Below, one piece after another: positions 19,790 through 28,391 of a stretch of 64,000 bases of DNA. Within the stretch, counting starts at the first letter, position 1. The number at the start of each line of letters is the position of its first letter. The notes beneath the pieces are model-generated. The model was not told the origin of the DNA, searched no databases, and was given only the letters and a program-made list of their open reading frames with translations. The stretch spans positions 947 to 64,946 of the forward strand of contig BTVY01000025.1 of assembly GCA_045863335.1 (NCBI GenBank), in the 5' to 3' direction. The position numbers were made by a program, and so were the translations under genes. The DNA comes from Candidatus Hydrogenedentota bacterium. Lineage in GTDB: Bacteria > Hydrogenedentota > Hydrogenedentia > Hydrogenedentales > SLHB01.

Positions 19790-21213
19790 GTTACGAAAAG
19801 TCGGTGCCGGGCCGGCGCGCCATCACACTCGATCCGTTGGATGTGCCGGAGGCGAAGTTGCCGCCGGACCTTTGCCGGAGCGAGCCGGCGCAGTTGCCGG
19901 AGCTGGGCGAACTGGACGTGGTGCGCCACTTCACGCGGCTGTCGCAGTTGAACTTTGGCATCGACTCCCACTTCTATCCGCTGGGATCGTGCACGATGAA
20001 GTACAACCCGAAGATGGCGGAGGCCGTGTCGGCGCTGGCGGGATTCGCGCAGCTTCACCCCCATCTTTCGTCGAGCAAAGCGTATTGGCCCCATTGTCAG
20101 GGCGCTTTCGAGCTGATCTACGCGACCGAGCACTGGCTGGCAGAAATCGCGGGCATGCGGGAAGTGTCCCTGCAACCTATCGCGGGCGCCCATGGCGAGC
20201 TAACGGGCACGCTGTTGATGGCGGCGTATCACCGGGAACGCGGCAGCAAGAAAGACACGATTCTCATTCCCGATTCCGCGCATGGCACCAACCCCGCCAG
20301 CGCGGCCATCGCGGGCTTCAAGGTGGTCGAGGTACCCTCCCACGAGGACGGCACCATGCGGCTGGATTCCATCAAGGCGGCCATGTCCGATTCGGTGGCA
20401 GGGATCATGATGACCTGTCCGAACACGCACGGGCTTTTCGAACCGGCCGTGGCCGAGATCGCGGAGTTGATGCACGCGAACGATGCGTTGCTCTATTACG
20501 ACGGCGCGAATTTGAACGCGATCATGGGGATTGCGCGGCCGGGAGACCTCGGATTCGACGTGATGCATTACAACCTGCACAAGACCTTTGCTACGCCCCA
20601 CGGCATGGGCGGGCCCGGTTCGGGGCCTGTCGGCGTCGGCGAACGGCTGGCGCCGTATTTACCAGGCCCGCGCGTGATCAAGGGTTCAGAAGGATTCGAG
20701 CTTGCTTCCCCGGAGAGATCGATTGGACGAATTGCGGCCTTCTTCGGCAACTTCATGATGGCGGTCCGCGCGTACGCGTACATGCGCCATCTGGGCAAGG
20801 ACGGACTCCGGCAAGTCTCGGAGAACGCGGTGCTGAACGCCAACTACATCTTCGCGCGGTTGAAGGATGCGTATGAGCCTGCCTTCGATTTGCCGTTCAT
20901 GCACGAGTGTGTGTTTACGGCGGTGCCGCAGACCAAGAAAGGCGTCCGCGCGCTGGATATCGCGAAGGCCCTGCTCGATTACGGTTTTCATGCGCCTACG
21001 GTATACTTCCCGCTGACCGTGAAGGAGAGCCTCATGATCGAGCCGACGGAGACCGAGTCGCGGGAAACCCTGGACGCGTTCTGCGAGGCCATGCTGGAGA
21101 TCGCGAATACGGTGGATACCAATCCCGCACTTCTGCACGAGGCGCCCAAGACGACTCCCGTCGGGCGGCTTGATGAAGTTCGCGCCGCGAGGCAATTGAA
21201 CTGCGCCTGCTAA
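19780..21213 (+). CDS. gcvPB: glycine dehydrogenase (decarboxylating) subunit 2, PLP-binding
   Basis: The start overlaps the gcvPA stop (ATGCAGTTAA). The PLP-lysine region MHYNLHKTFATPHGMGGPG is canonical for GcvPB. Confidence 0.9.
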   Translation: MQLSYEKSVPGRRAITLDPLDVPEAKLPPDLCRSEPAQLPELGELDVVRHFTRLSQLNFGIDSHFYPLGSCTMKYNPKMAEAVSALAGFAQLHPHLSSSKAYWPHCQGAFELIYATEHWLAEIAGMREVSLQPIAGAHGELTGTLLMAAYHRERGSKKDTILIPDSAHGTNPASAAIAGFKVVEVPSHEDGTMRLDSIKAAMSDSVAGIMMTCPNTHGLFEPAVAEIAELMHANDALLYYDGANLNAIMGIARPGDLGFDVMHYNLHKTFATPHGMGGPGSGPVGVGERLAPYLPGPRVIKGSEGFELASPERSIGRIAAFFGNFMMAVRAYAYMRHLGKDGLRQVSENAVLNANYIFARLKDAYEPAFDLPFMHECVFTAVPQTKKGVRALDIAKALLDYGFHAPTVYFPLTVKESLMIEPTETESRETLDAFCEAMLEIANTVDTNPALLHEAPKTTPVGRLDEVRAARQLNCAC

Positions 21214-21262
21214 TGTAGTGGGAGCCGAGATTCCATCTAGATTTCGTACCGGTATCTGAGGG

Positions 21263-21301
21263 AACATCCCCCTAAATCCCCCTTCAAAGGGGGACTTTGA
21301 G
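21263..21301. repeat. REP-like palindromic element, copy b
   Basis: AACATCCCCCTAAATCCCCCTTCAAAGGGGGACTTTGAG, 50 nt after the gcvPB stop. Confidence 0.8.
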
Positions 21302-21369
21302 CGTGTTGTGCAAGGTCTTTGGGCATAGACTCGGATCCTTGCAAATGAACTTACGGTTCAGGGCACTAG

Positions 21370-22155
21370 ATGATCGACGAGATTGCGAATACCAGCACGA
21401 CACCCCGGACAGGCCCGCGTGGCAAGCGGAAGATCCGGCTCGTCGATTTTACGTTCGGGAGCCCGGCGGAGAACCTCGCCTATGAAGAGGTGCTGCTCGA
21501 CGAAGCCGAGCGCAGTGGCCGGGAGGTGTTGCGATTCTGGGAGAGTCCCACGCCGTTCGTCGTCCTGGGCGTGTCACAGGTACTTCGCGAGCAGGTCAAC
21601 GAGCGGGAGTGCGAAGAGGACAAGGTACCCATCTTGCGCCGGGCTTCAGCGGGGGGCTGCGTTCTGCAGGGCCCCGGCTGTTTGAATTTCACGCTCGTAC
21701 TTACGCATGAACTGCATCCGGACGCGGCGACCATTCGCGGGTCGTATTGCTACATCCTCGGCCGCATCTGTGACGCCTTGCAGGAGCGCGGGATCGCCGC
21801 GAAACACAAGGGAACCTCGGATATCGCCGTTCGCGGAAAGAAGATATCGGGCAACGCGCAGAAGCGACGCCGCAAGTCGATCCTCCACCACGGGACTCTA
21901 CTATACGCTATGGATGGCGAATCGATGGAGCGGTATCTGAAAGAACCGTCGGACCGTCCGCAGTACCGCGGCGGACGCACGCACAGCGGCTTCGTCAAGC
22001 CGTTGTCACTACAGCCCGCGGAACTTCGCGAGCTGGTCAGGAAGACGTTCGAGGTCGAAACGTCCTCGAGCAAACCGACGAAACGCGAGCAGAAGGCCGT
22101 CCAGCAGTTGGTTAAAGAGAAGTATGGCACTGCGGACTGGGTTCGACGGCGTTAG
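21370..22155 (+). CDS. lipoate-protein ligase / octanoyltransferase family protein (LplA/LipM-like BPL_LPL catalytic domain)
   Basis: RRASAGGCVLQGPGCLNF...KISGNAQKRRRKSILHHGTLLY contains the conserved catalytic lysine context (KISGNAQ) of LplA/LipM. Its position next to the gcv genes fits lipoylation of GcvH. Confidence 0.7.
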   Translation: MIDEIANTSTTPRTGPRGKRKIRLVDFTFGSPAENLAYEEVLLDEAERSGREVLRFWESPTPFVVLGVSQVLREQVNERECEEDKVPILRRASAGGCVLQGPGCLNFTLVLTHELHPDAATIRGSYCYILGRICDALQERGIAAKHKGTSDIAVRGKKISGNAQKRRRKSILHHGTLLYAMDGESMERYLKEPSDRPQYRGGRTHSGFVKPLSLQPAELRELVRKTFEVETSSSKPTKREQKAVQQLVKEKYGTADWVRRR

Positions 22156-22268
22156 GCTCGGCGGTTTTTCACGCACGCGAAGGCAGATTTTGGGCCGTCG
22201 AGGTGTTATCCTAGCGGTACTGTCGGTGAATCAATCCTGATCATTCCCATTTCTTGGAGGAGGCTGCT

Positions 22269-22865
22269 ATGTCTACGAAGTCCTTGTCGGTGTTGCTGAT
22301 GACCCTTGCGGCGGCAGGTCCGGGCGCGTTCGGCGAAGAGTCGAAAGCGGAGTCGGTGCTGGATTTCACGGTGCAGGATATTGACGGAAATGAAGTGAAA
22401 CTCCGGGACAAGTACCAGGGCAAGGTGCTGCTTCTTGTGAACACCGCTTCGGAGTGCGGGTACACGCCGCAGTACGCCGACCTCGAGGCGTTGTACGAGA
22501 AGTATCGCGAGCAGGGCTTTGAAGTACTGGCGTTTCCGTCCAACGATTTCGGCGGCCAGGAACCTGGATCAAACGCCGAGATCAAGTTGTTTTGCTCGGA
22601 GAAATATGACGTGGAGTTTCCCTTGTTCGCCAAGATTCCTGTCAAAGGCGAGGATAAGCACCCGTTGTACGCGTACCTCACCGACGCGGAAGCCCACCCG
22701 GACACCGGCGGCGAGATTAAGTGGAACTTCACGAAGTTTCTCGTGGACGGCAACGGGAAGGTTATTCACCGCTACGAATCCAAGGTAAAGCCCACGGATG
22801 AGAGCGTGGCGAAAGACGTGGAAGCGGCCATCGAAAGCGCGAAGGCGTCCGGCGCCGGCGAGTAG
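22269..22865 (+). CDS. glutathione peroxidase (Cys-type), secreted
   Basis: GKVLLLVNTASECGYT, FPSNDFGGQEP and WNFTKFLVDGNGKV are canonical GPx motifs. Signal peptide MSTKSLSVLLMTLAAAG. GGAGGAGG ribosome-binding site before the ATG at 22269. Confidence 0.85.
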   Translation: MSTKSLSVLLMTLAAAGPGAFGEESKAESVLDFTVQDIDGNEVKLRDKYQGKVLLLVNTASECGYTPQYADLEALYEKYREQGFEVLAFPSNDFGGQEPGSNAEIKLFCSEKYDVEFPLFAKIPVKGEDKHPLYAYLTDAEAHPDTGGEIKWNFTKFLVDGNGKVIHRYESKVKPTDESVAKDVEAAIESAKASGAGE

Positions 22866-22899
22866 TTAGCCAAGACATAGTACGCACGTCGTCTTAACG

Positions 22900-22940
22900 T
22901 AACATCCCCCTAAATCCCCCTTCGAAGGGGGACTTTTAGC
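22900..22940. repeat. REP-like palindromic element, copy c
   Basis: AACATCCCCCTAAATCCCCCTTCGAAGGGGGACTTTTAGC, 35 nt after the gpx stop. It is followed by the direct repeat CCTTGCAACA x2. Confidence 0.8.
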
Positions 22941-23006
22941 AGGACCTTGCAACAGCCTTGCAACAAGGTCTTGGAAAAGGGACCTGGGGTTCAGGACAGT
23001 AGCGCT

Positions 23007-23375
23007 TTACGAATCGTCGCGGTGGACCTTTTCGGGTGAGAAGGCGGGGAGACATACGGCAATGTAGTCGGCCCCGTCCGCTCCGGGCGTGCTGTAGCGG
23101 ACCCATTCGCCTTTGTGAGCGATGATGGCTTCGCCCGCGGACACGTCGAAGGTCTCGCCCGATTCCGTCGTCACGCGAAGGGTGCCGCGCAGTACCACGG
23201 TGAACTCGTCAAACTCCGGCCGTTGCCCCGGTTCTTCCCAACCGGAGGGACTGGACATGTGGGCCACGCTGACCTCGGCCGTACCAGAGTTCACCTGGCC
23301 GATGTATTCACGGATGGTCTTGGGGATGTTTCCGGCAGCGTGAACGACGGTGGGCTGGGAAATATGTGTCGGCAT
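23007..23375 (-). CDS. cupin domain protein
   Basis: 122 aa with a two-motif cupin pattern (EFDEFTVVLRGTL...GEAIIAHKGEWVRY). GAGGAG ribosome-binding site. Confidence 0.55.
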   Translation of the reverse strand: MPTHISQPTVVHAAGNIPKTIREYIGQVNSGTAEVSVAHMSSPSGWEEPGQRPEFDEFTVVLRGTLRVTTESGETFDVSAGEAIIAHKGEWVRYSTPGADGADYIAVCLPAFSPEKVHRDDS

Positions 23376-23562
23376 CGCAGGGTCTCCTCACATACCAGTT
23401 GATGAAACGCGCCTTGCCCCGCCATCTGTACCACAGAACACATGGACGAGTCACCTTACCGAGTGCTGAGACGGGGCTCGCGGGTTTGGTATACTTCGGC
23501 CTCACCGCGCTCCGGCGCACTCTGACAACCACAACAGGCAGCTTTCTTCCACGAGGAACATC

Positions 23563-24543
23563 ATGATACACACGTGCATCGCGGGCACCGGACACTATCT
23601 CCCCAAGAAGGTGCTTACCAATACAGACCTCGAGCAACTCATGGACACGACGGATGAATGGATCCGGCAACGGACTGGCATCCTCCAGCGGCACGTCGCG
23701 GCCGACGACGAGTTCGTGTCTGATTTGGCGACGCAGGCGGCCTTGCGCGCCATGGAGAACGCGGGAATCGGGCCGGACGAAATCGACTACATCATCTGCG
23801 CGACGTTGACGCCGGACTTCCTGATGCCGTCGGCGGCGTGTCTCATTCAGGAGAATCTGAAGGCGCGGCGCGCCGGGGCCTGCGATCTCAACGCGGCCTG
23901 CTCGGGCTTCGTGTATGGGTTGGAGGTGGCCGACGCGCTCATCCGGGCCGGCGTGCATAAGACGGTCCTGTTGATCGGCGCGGAGGAGATGACGGCGCGT
24001 CTTGATTGGACGAAGCGGGACACGGCCGTGCTTTTCGGCGACGGCGCGGGCGCCACGGTGTTGCGCGGTGTGGAAGGCGACCGGGGCGTGCTTGCGACCT
24101 TTACAGCGTCGGACGGTAGCGGCGCGGAGATTCTTTCCATTCCGGTGGGGGGGGCGCGCAACGCGTTGACGCCCGAGAACATCCATGAGCTGGATCGCAG
24201 TATTCGCATGAATGGACGGGAGCTGTACAAGCGCGCGGTGGTCGCCTTTGGGGATGCGATCGAAAAGGCCTTGGCAAAGTCCGGCCTGACTGCGGAGGAC
24301 ATCGACGTGTTCATTCCTCATCAAGCCAATCGCCGAATCATTCTCGCCGCGACCGATCGGATCGGTCTGCCCGAGGAGAAGATTTATCTCAACGTGGACC
24401 GTGTAGCGAACACGAGCGCGGCATCCATCCCCATCGCGCTGGATCAGGCGCGCGCGGAAGGCCGGATTCAGGATGGTGACCTGGTCTTGCTGGCTGCGTT
24501 CGGGGCCGGTCTCACGTGGGCGTCCGCGATGATACGCTGGTAG
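23563..24543 (+). CDS. fabH: beta-ketoacyl-ACP synthase III
   Basis: GTGHYLPKKVLTNTDLEQLMDTTDEWIRQRTGI, the active-site Cys context NAACSGFVYGL, HQANRRII and GAGLTWAS are canonical FabH motifs. Confidence 0.9.
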   Translation: MIHTCIAGTGHYLPKKVLTNTDLEQLMDTTDEWIRQRTGILQRHVAADDEFVSDLATQAALRAMENAGIGPDEIDYIICATLTPDFLMPSAACLIQENLKARRAGACDLNAACSGFVYGLEVADALIRAGVHKTVLLIGAEEMTARLDWTKRDTAVLFGDGAGATVLRGVEGDRGVLATFTASDGSGAEILSIPVGGARNALTPENIHELDRSIRMNGRELYKRAVVAFGDAIEKALAKSGLTAEDIDVFIPHQANRRIILAATDRIGLPEEKIYLNVDRVANTSAASIPIALDQARAEGRIQDGDLVLLAAFGAGLTWASAMIRW

Positions 24544-24554
24544 CGGGCGCAAAA

Positions 24555-25517
24555 CTACGAAACGCGCTGCTCCGTGTCACTTGAGGTGACGTCTTCCTCG
24601 TCCTTGAGATCCGGATAGAGGGTTTTGACACATTCCGGGCAAAGGCTGTGGGAGAACTGGGCGTCGGAATGGTCGCGAATGTACACTTCGATTTGCTCCC
24701 AATAGCCTTGGTCGTCGCGGATCTTCTTGCAGGAAGCACAAATCGGGATGAGTCCGCCCAAGGTTCGAACATCGGCGAGCGCCTTCTTGAGTTCGCCGAT
24801 GAGACGCACGCGTTCCTGCTCAGTATGGGACCGCTCAGTGATGTCACGAACGACCACAACGAACAGGGACTGCCCGGGGATAGGCACTTCTCCGACGCTG
24901 ATTTCCATGGGAAACGTGATCTCGCCTTTTCGGAGACCTTGCACTTCGATGTCCCGCTGGATGATGGACCGTTCCTTGGTATTGAGATAGGTGATCAGGT
25001 AGTCCTTAAGTTCCGTTCGGTAACGAGCCGCAACGAGTTCTACGAAGTTTTTTCCGACGAAGTCGCGCGGAGGAATACCGAAAATGGTCGCGGCGGCGGG
25101 GTTGACCGAATCGATTCGGCCGTTGCCGTCGATCATGATGATGCCGAGGCCTGCATAGGCGACGATCGACGCGTAACGCGCCTCACTCTGACGAAGGCGA
25201 TCCTCGATGGTCTTGCGACGGAGCGACAGGAGCGCGGCGGCCCAGATGGCGACGATGGCCAAGACGCGGTCAAGAAGTGCCACCCGGATGTCGGTCGTGC
25301 CTTCGGCGTAGAAATGGCCAATCATGACGAGGAGGGAACAGCAGGCGGCAACGGTGATCGTGTATCGGCGGTCTGGCGACCACAGGGAGATGAGCACGAC
25401 GACCACATAGGGAACCCCGCCCGCAACGCCCACTGGCAAGAGGCTATCCAACAGAAACGTGCCGAGGGTTAGCACGAGCGTCAACAGGACAAGATTAACG
25501 CTGGTCTTCGAGTACAT
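24555..25517 (-). CDS. membrane-anchored PAS sensor protein with C-terminal 4-Cys (CxxC...CPEC) module
   Basis: Three or four N-terminal transmembrane helices; a PAS-like segment (ARYASIVAYAGLGIIMIDGNGRIDSVNPAAATIFG); a C-terminus GGLIPICASCKKIRDDQGYWEQIEVYIRDHSDAQFSHSLCPEC. No HisKA, HATPase, GGDEF or EAL domain is recognisable. GGAGGAAG ribosome-binding site before the ATG at 25517. Confidence 0.6.
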   Translation of the reverse strand: MYSKTSVNLVLLTLVLTLGTFLLDSLLPVGVAGGVPYVVVVLISLWSPDRRYTITVAACCSLLVMIGHFYAEGTTDIRVALLDRVLAIVAIWAAALLSLRRKTIEDRLRQSEARYASIVAYAGLGIIMIDGNGRIDSVNPAAATIFGIPPRDFVGKNFVELVAARYRTELKDYLITYLNTKERSIIQRDIEVQGLRKGEITFPMEISVGEVPIPGQSLFVVVVRDITERSHTEQERVRLIGELKKALADVRTLGGLIPICASCKKIRDDQGYWEQIEVYIRDHSDAQFSHSLCPECVKTLYPDLKDEEDVTSSDTEQRVS

Positions 25518-25727
25518 CGTAAGCAAACTTCCTCCAGTGCCGACGACTGTGCAACCGGTCCGGCGATGCACCAAATAATTATGCCATGCTCCGGGAAGAT
25601 TGTTTTTCACTTCCCGCACCTATCGCATTTCAGGGTAGAAAAATGTTCTGAGTCGACCCATGTATCTACGCAGAATCACGGGAAAAGCGCGATATATCCA
25701 CAATTCACAATCGCGGGAATGACGTTA

Positions 25728-26708
25728 TTACTCGACTGTGGACGGGGCACCGGTGCGGGCCGAACGCAGGAGCGCGTCAATGACCGCCATATTCGCTACC
25801 GCGTCGTCAACGGTCCATCGGGGCGGACGGGCGGAGCGAACCGCGTCGGCGAAGTCCTCCACTTCAAGGTGGTAGCCATTGCCGCCTGGCGTGGCGATAC
25901 GTTCCTCTTTCGCACCGCGCCGCAAGACTATCTCGCCTCGCTCCTGCCCGGGAAACCAGGGATTCTCCAGTACGATCGCCCCTTCTGAGCCGACGATTTC
26001 CGCGCGGGCCCGATCGTAGGACTCGATGCTGCAATCGATTTGCGCGAGGACGCGATCGGGGAACTGGAGCACGCCGACCAACGTATCGTCGACGCTGGTG
26101 CGGCGCTCGAAGGCTACAACTCCTTCCGGTTCAGCGCCGGTGACCAGCCGGGCGAAGTTGACGCAGTAACACCCCACGTCCATGAGGGCGCCTCCGGCGA
26201 GTTCAGGTGAAGCGGGGATTTCTTCGCGGTTGGAGAGAAAGAAGGAGAATGAAGCGTGGATTGAGACGAGGTTTCCGACGACCCCCTTGAGCAACAGTCC
26301 GATCAGGTGCTCGTAGAGGGGATGAAACCGGTACATGAAGGCTTCCGCAACAGGCACTCCAGTTTCCCGGGCGACGCGTTGCACCTCGCGGGCCTCCGCG
26401 GCGTTGGAGGCGAAGGGTTTTTCGCAGAGCACGGGCTTTCCGGCCTGGAGGCAGCGGATTGTCCACTCCGCATGCATGCTGTTCGGGAGGGGAATGTAGA
26501 TCAGATCGACGTCGCCGGATTCGATGAGTGCATCGTAGGATCCGAAGGCGCCCGGTATACCGTGCTCGCCCGCCCACGCTTTGGCCCGGGCGGCGTCGCG
26601 ACTGGCGACCGCGGATGGGACGCCGTTGGAACTCATGCGAATGCCGTCAATCACGGCGGGGGCAATGTTTGCGGTCCCCAAGATTCCCCATCGTAGTTTA
26701 TCTGCCAT
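25728..26708 (-). CDS. Gfo/Idh/MocA family NAD(P)-dependent oxidoreductase
   Basis: LRWGILGTANIAPAVI Rossmann N-terminus and the EKP motif (LCEKPFASN). AGGAG ribosome-binding site before the ATG at 26708. The ORF track's upstream extension is not used. Confidence 0.8.
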   Translation of the reverse strand: MADKLRWGILGTANIAPAVIDGIRMSSNGVPSAVASRDAARAKAWAGEHGIPGAFGSYDALIESGDVDLIYIPLPNSMHAEWTIRCLQAGKPVLCEKPFASNAAEAREVQRVARETGVPVAEAFMYRFHPLYEHLIGLLLKGVVGNLVSIHASFSFFLSNREEIPASPELAGGALMDVGCYCVNFARLVTGAEPEGVVAFERRTSVDDTLVGVLQFPDRVLAQIDCSIESYDRARAEIVGSEGAIVLENPWFPGQERGEIVLRRGAKEERIATPGGNGYHLEVEDFADAVRSARPPRWTVDDAVANMAVIDALLRSARTGAPSTVE

Positions 26709-26963
26709 CGATACTCCTGACTCGATTTCACCGAGGGACATCAGCGACAGCAAAGACACCAGGGACAAAGCGTCGCGCGCCATTCCAAAGTTATCCGTGA
26801 GATCCAGAATCGCTGAGCCATTCCTAGACGGAAACGTTTCCGCTCCTTCGCCTGATGTTTTTGATGTCTCTTCAGTCCCTCTACTTCTGCCGGACCTTTC
26901 CTGGAGGGGGATTTCTCGTTTCCCCACATCGCAGCCGTTTAGAAAAGTCCGACGGTTGAGATC

Positions 26964-28082
26964 CTAGTGATGGGAAAAGCAACGTTCCATTGAAAAGACC
27001 ATGGCGGCGCTGGCTTCGTTGCATGCGGCGATCGCGTCGTAGTCGTTTACGCTGCCGCCCGGTTGGACGAAGGCGCTGATCCCCGCGCGAGTCGCCGCGT
27101 CGACGGCGTCACGGAAGGGGAAGAAACCGTCGGAGGAGAGCACCGCGCCCTCGAGCGATTCTTCGCCTTTGTACTTGGACTTGGCTTTGACAATGGCTTG
27201 TTCTACGGCGCCGACGCGGTCCTGCTCGCCGGTGCCAACGGCGAGGGTCTGGCCGTGATGGGCGATGACGCAGCCGTTGGATCGGACGTGAATGTTGACG
27301 TACCAGGCGAAGAGTAAATCGTCGAGTTCCCGAAGGGTGGCCGGGCGGGCGATATCGATGCGGCCGTGGGTCTTGTGAACGTTGTATGCCGGTACAAGGT
27401 CTTTCACAGTCTTTACGCGCGAAAGGTAGGGCTGGGCCAACACGATGCTACCGTCGTCGAAGACTTTCATCTCATATCCCGCCGAGGCGTCGCCGATGAA
27501 TCTCGGCAACTTCGAAAAGTCCGGGAGCTTGATGATTCGGATTTCCTTGTTCCGGCGATACTTGTCGAAATTGAGAAAGGATTCCATGGCGGCGTCGTCA
27601 AAACCCGGAGCGGCGACGCCTTCCACGATGGTCTGCATGATGGCGTCGGCGGTGTCGGCATCGACGGTGCGGTTGAACACGACGACGCTGCCGAAGGCGG
27701 CCTGGGCATCGGCATCCCGGGCGCGTTCGTAGACGGTGGCCAGGGGCATGCTCTCCACCTGCATGGCGACGCCGGAGGGATTGCAGTGCTTCATCACGGC
27801 GCAGGCAGGGACGTTGAGATACTTTAGAATACCAACGGCGTGGTGCATGTCCTCGATATTGGTCTGGGAGAGCCCGCTTTTGCCGGTCTTGAGGATTTCG
27901 TAGGCGCCGAGTACCAGGTTCTGACCGTCCGCCGGCCGGTAAAACGCGGCGGGTTGGTGCGGATTGGTGCCGTAGCGCAGGTCTTCGATTTTCTGATAGG
28001 ACCGTCCCATTACATCGATGGCTGCCGGAAAATCGCCCTCGTTCCGACTGCGGTACATTCCTTTGAGGTCATCTGAAGGCAT
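26964..28082 (-). CDS. stand-alone AICAR transformylase domain protein (PurH C-terminal AICARFT domain; no MGS/IMP-cyclohydrolase domain)
   Basis: LRYGTNPHQPAAFY, GQTLAVGTGEQDRVGAV, SDGFFPFRDAVD and GISAFVQPGGS match the AICARFT half of PurH. About 370 aa are encoded, and no MGS-like domain lies upstream. GGAGGAG ribosome-binding site before the ATG at 28082. Confidence 0.7.
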   Translation of the reverse strand: MPSDDLKGMYRSRNEGDFPAAIDVMGRSYQKIEDLRYGTNPHQPAAFYRPADGQNLVLGAYEILKTGKSGLSQTNIEDMHHAVGILKYLNVPACAVMKHCNPSGVAMQVESMPLATVYERARDADAQAAFGSVVVFNRTVDADTADAIMQTIVEGVAAPGFDDAAMESFLNFDKYRRNKEIRIIKLPDFSKLPRFIGDASAGYEMKVFDDGSIVLAQPYLSRVKTVKDLVPAYNVHKTHGRIDIARPATLRELDDLLFAWYVNIHVRSNGCVIAHHGQTLAVGTGEQDRVGAVEQAIVKAKSKYKGEESLEGAVLSSDGFFPFRDAVDAATRAGISAFVQPGGSVNDYDAIAACNEASAAMVFSMERCFSHH

Positions 28083-28391
28083 GGTCGAATTCTCCTCCTG
28101 CATCCGAATCGCGGTCCGAAAGTGTTGCGAGCAAAGCCCGGTGGGGTCCATCGCATCCATCGCAGGAATTCTGGGCCGGAAAACCAATAGGGACGCCCCA
28201 CTTGCCCCCGTTGCCGAAAGCGGTAGGTTGCCAGACGGACACCGGAAAGTCAACGAAAGACAGTACTTGACTAAGACTCAGGGCATCTGGCGCCCGCGCA
28301 TTTCTCGGAACATTTCCTGAAAAAGCTGGTATACTCTGTTGCACCCGATGGCGGGGTTCCCCAGAACGCAGAATCAGAGGAGGATTCCTTC

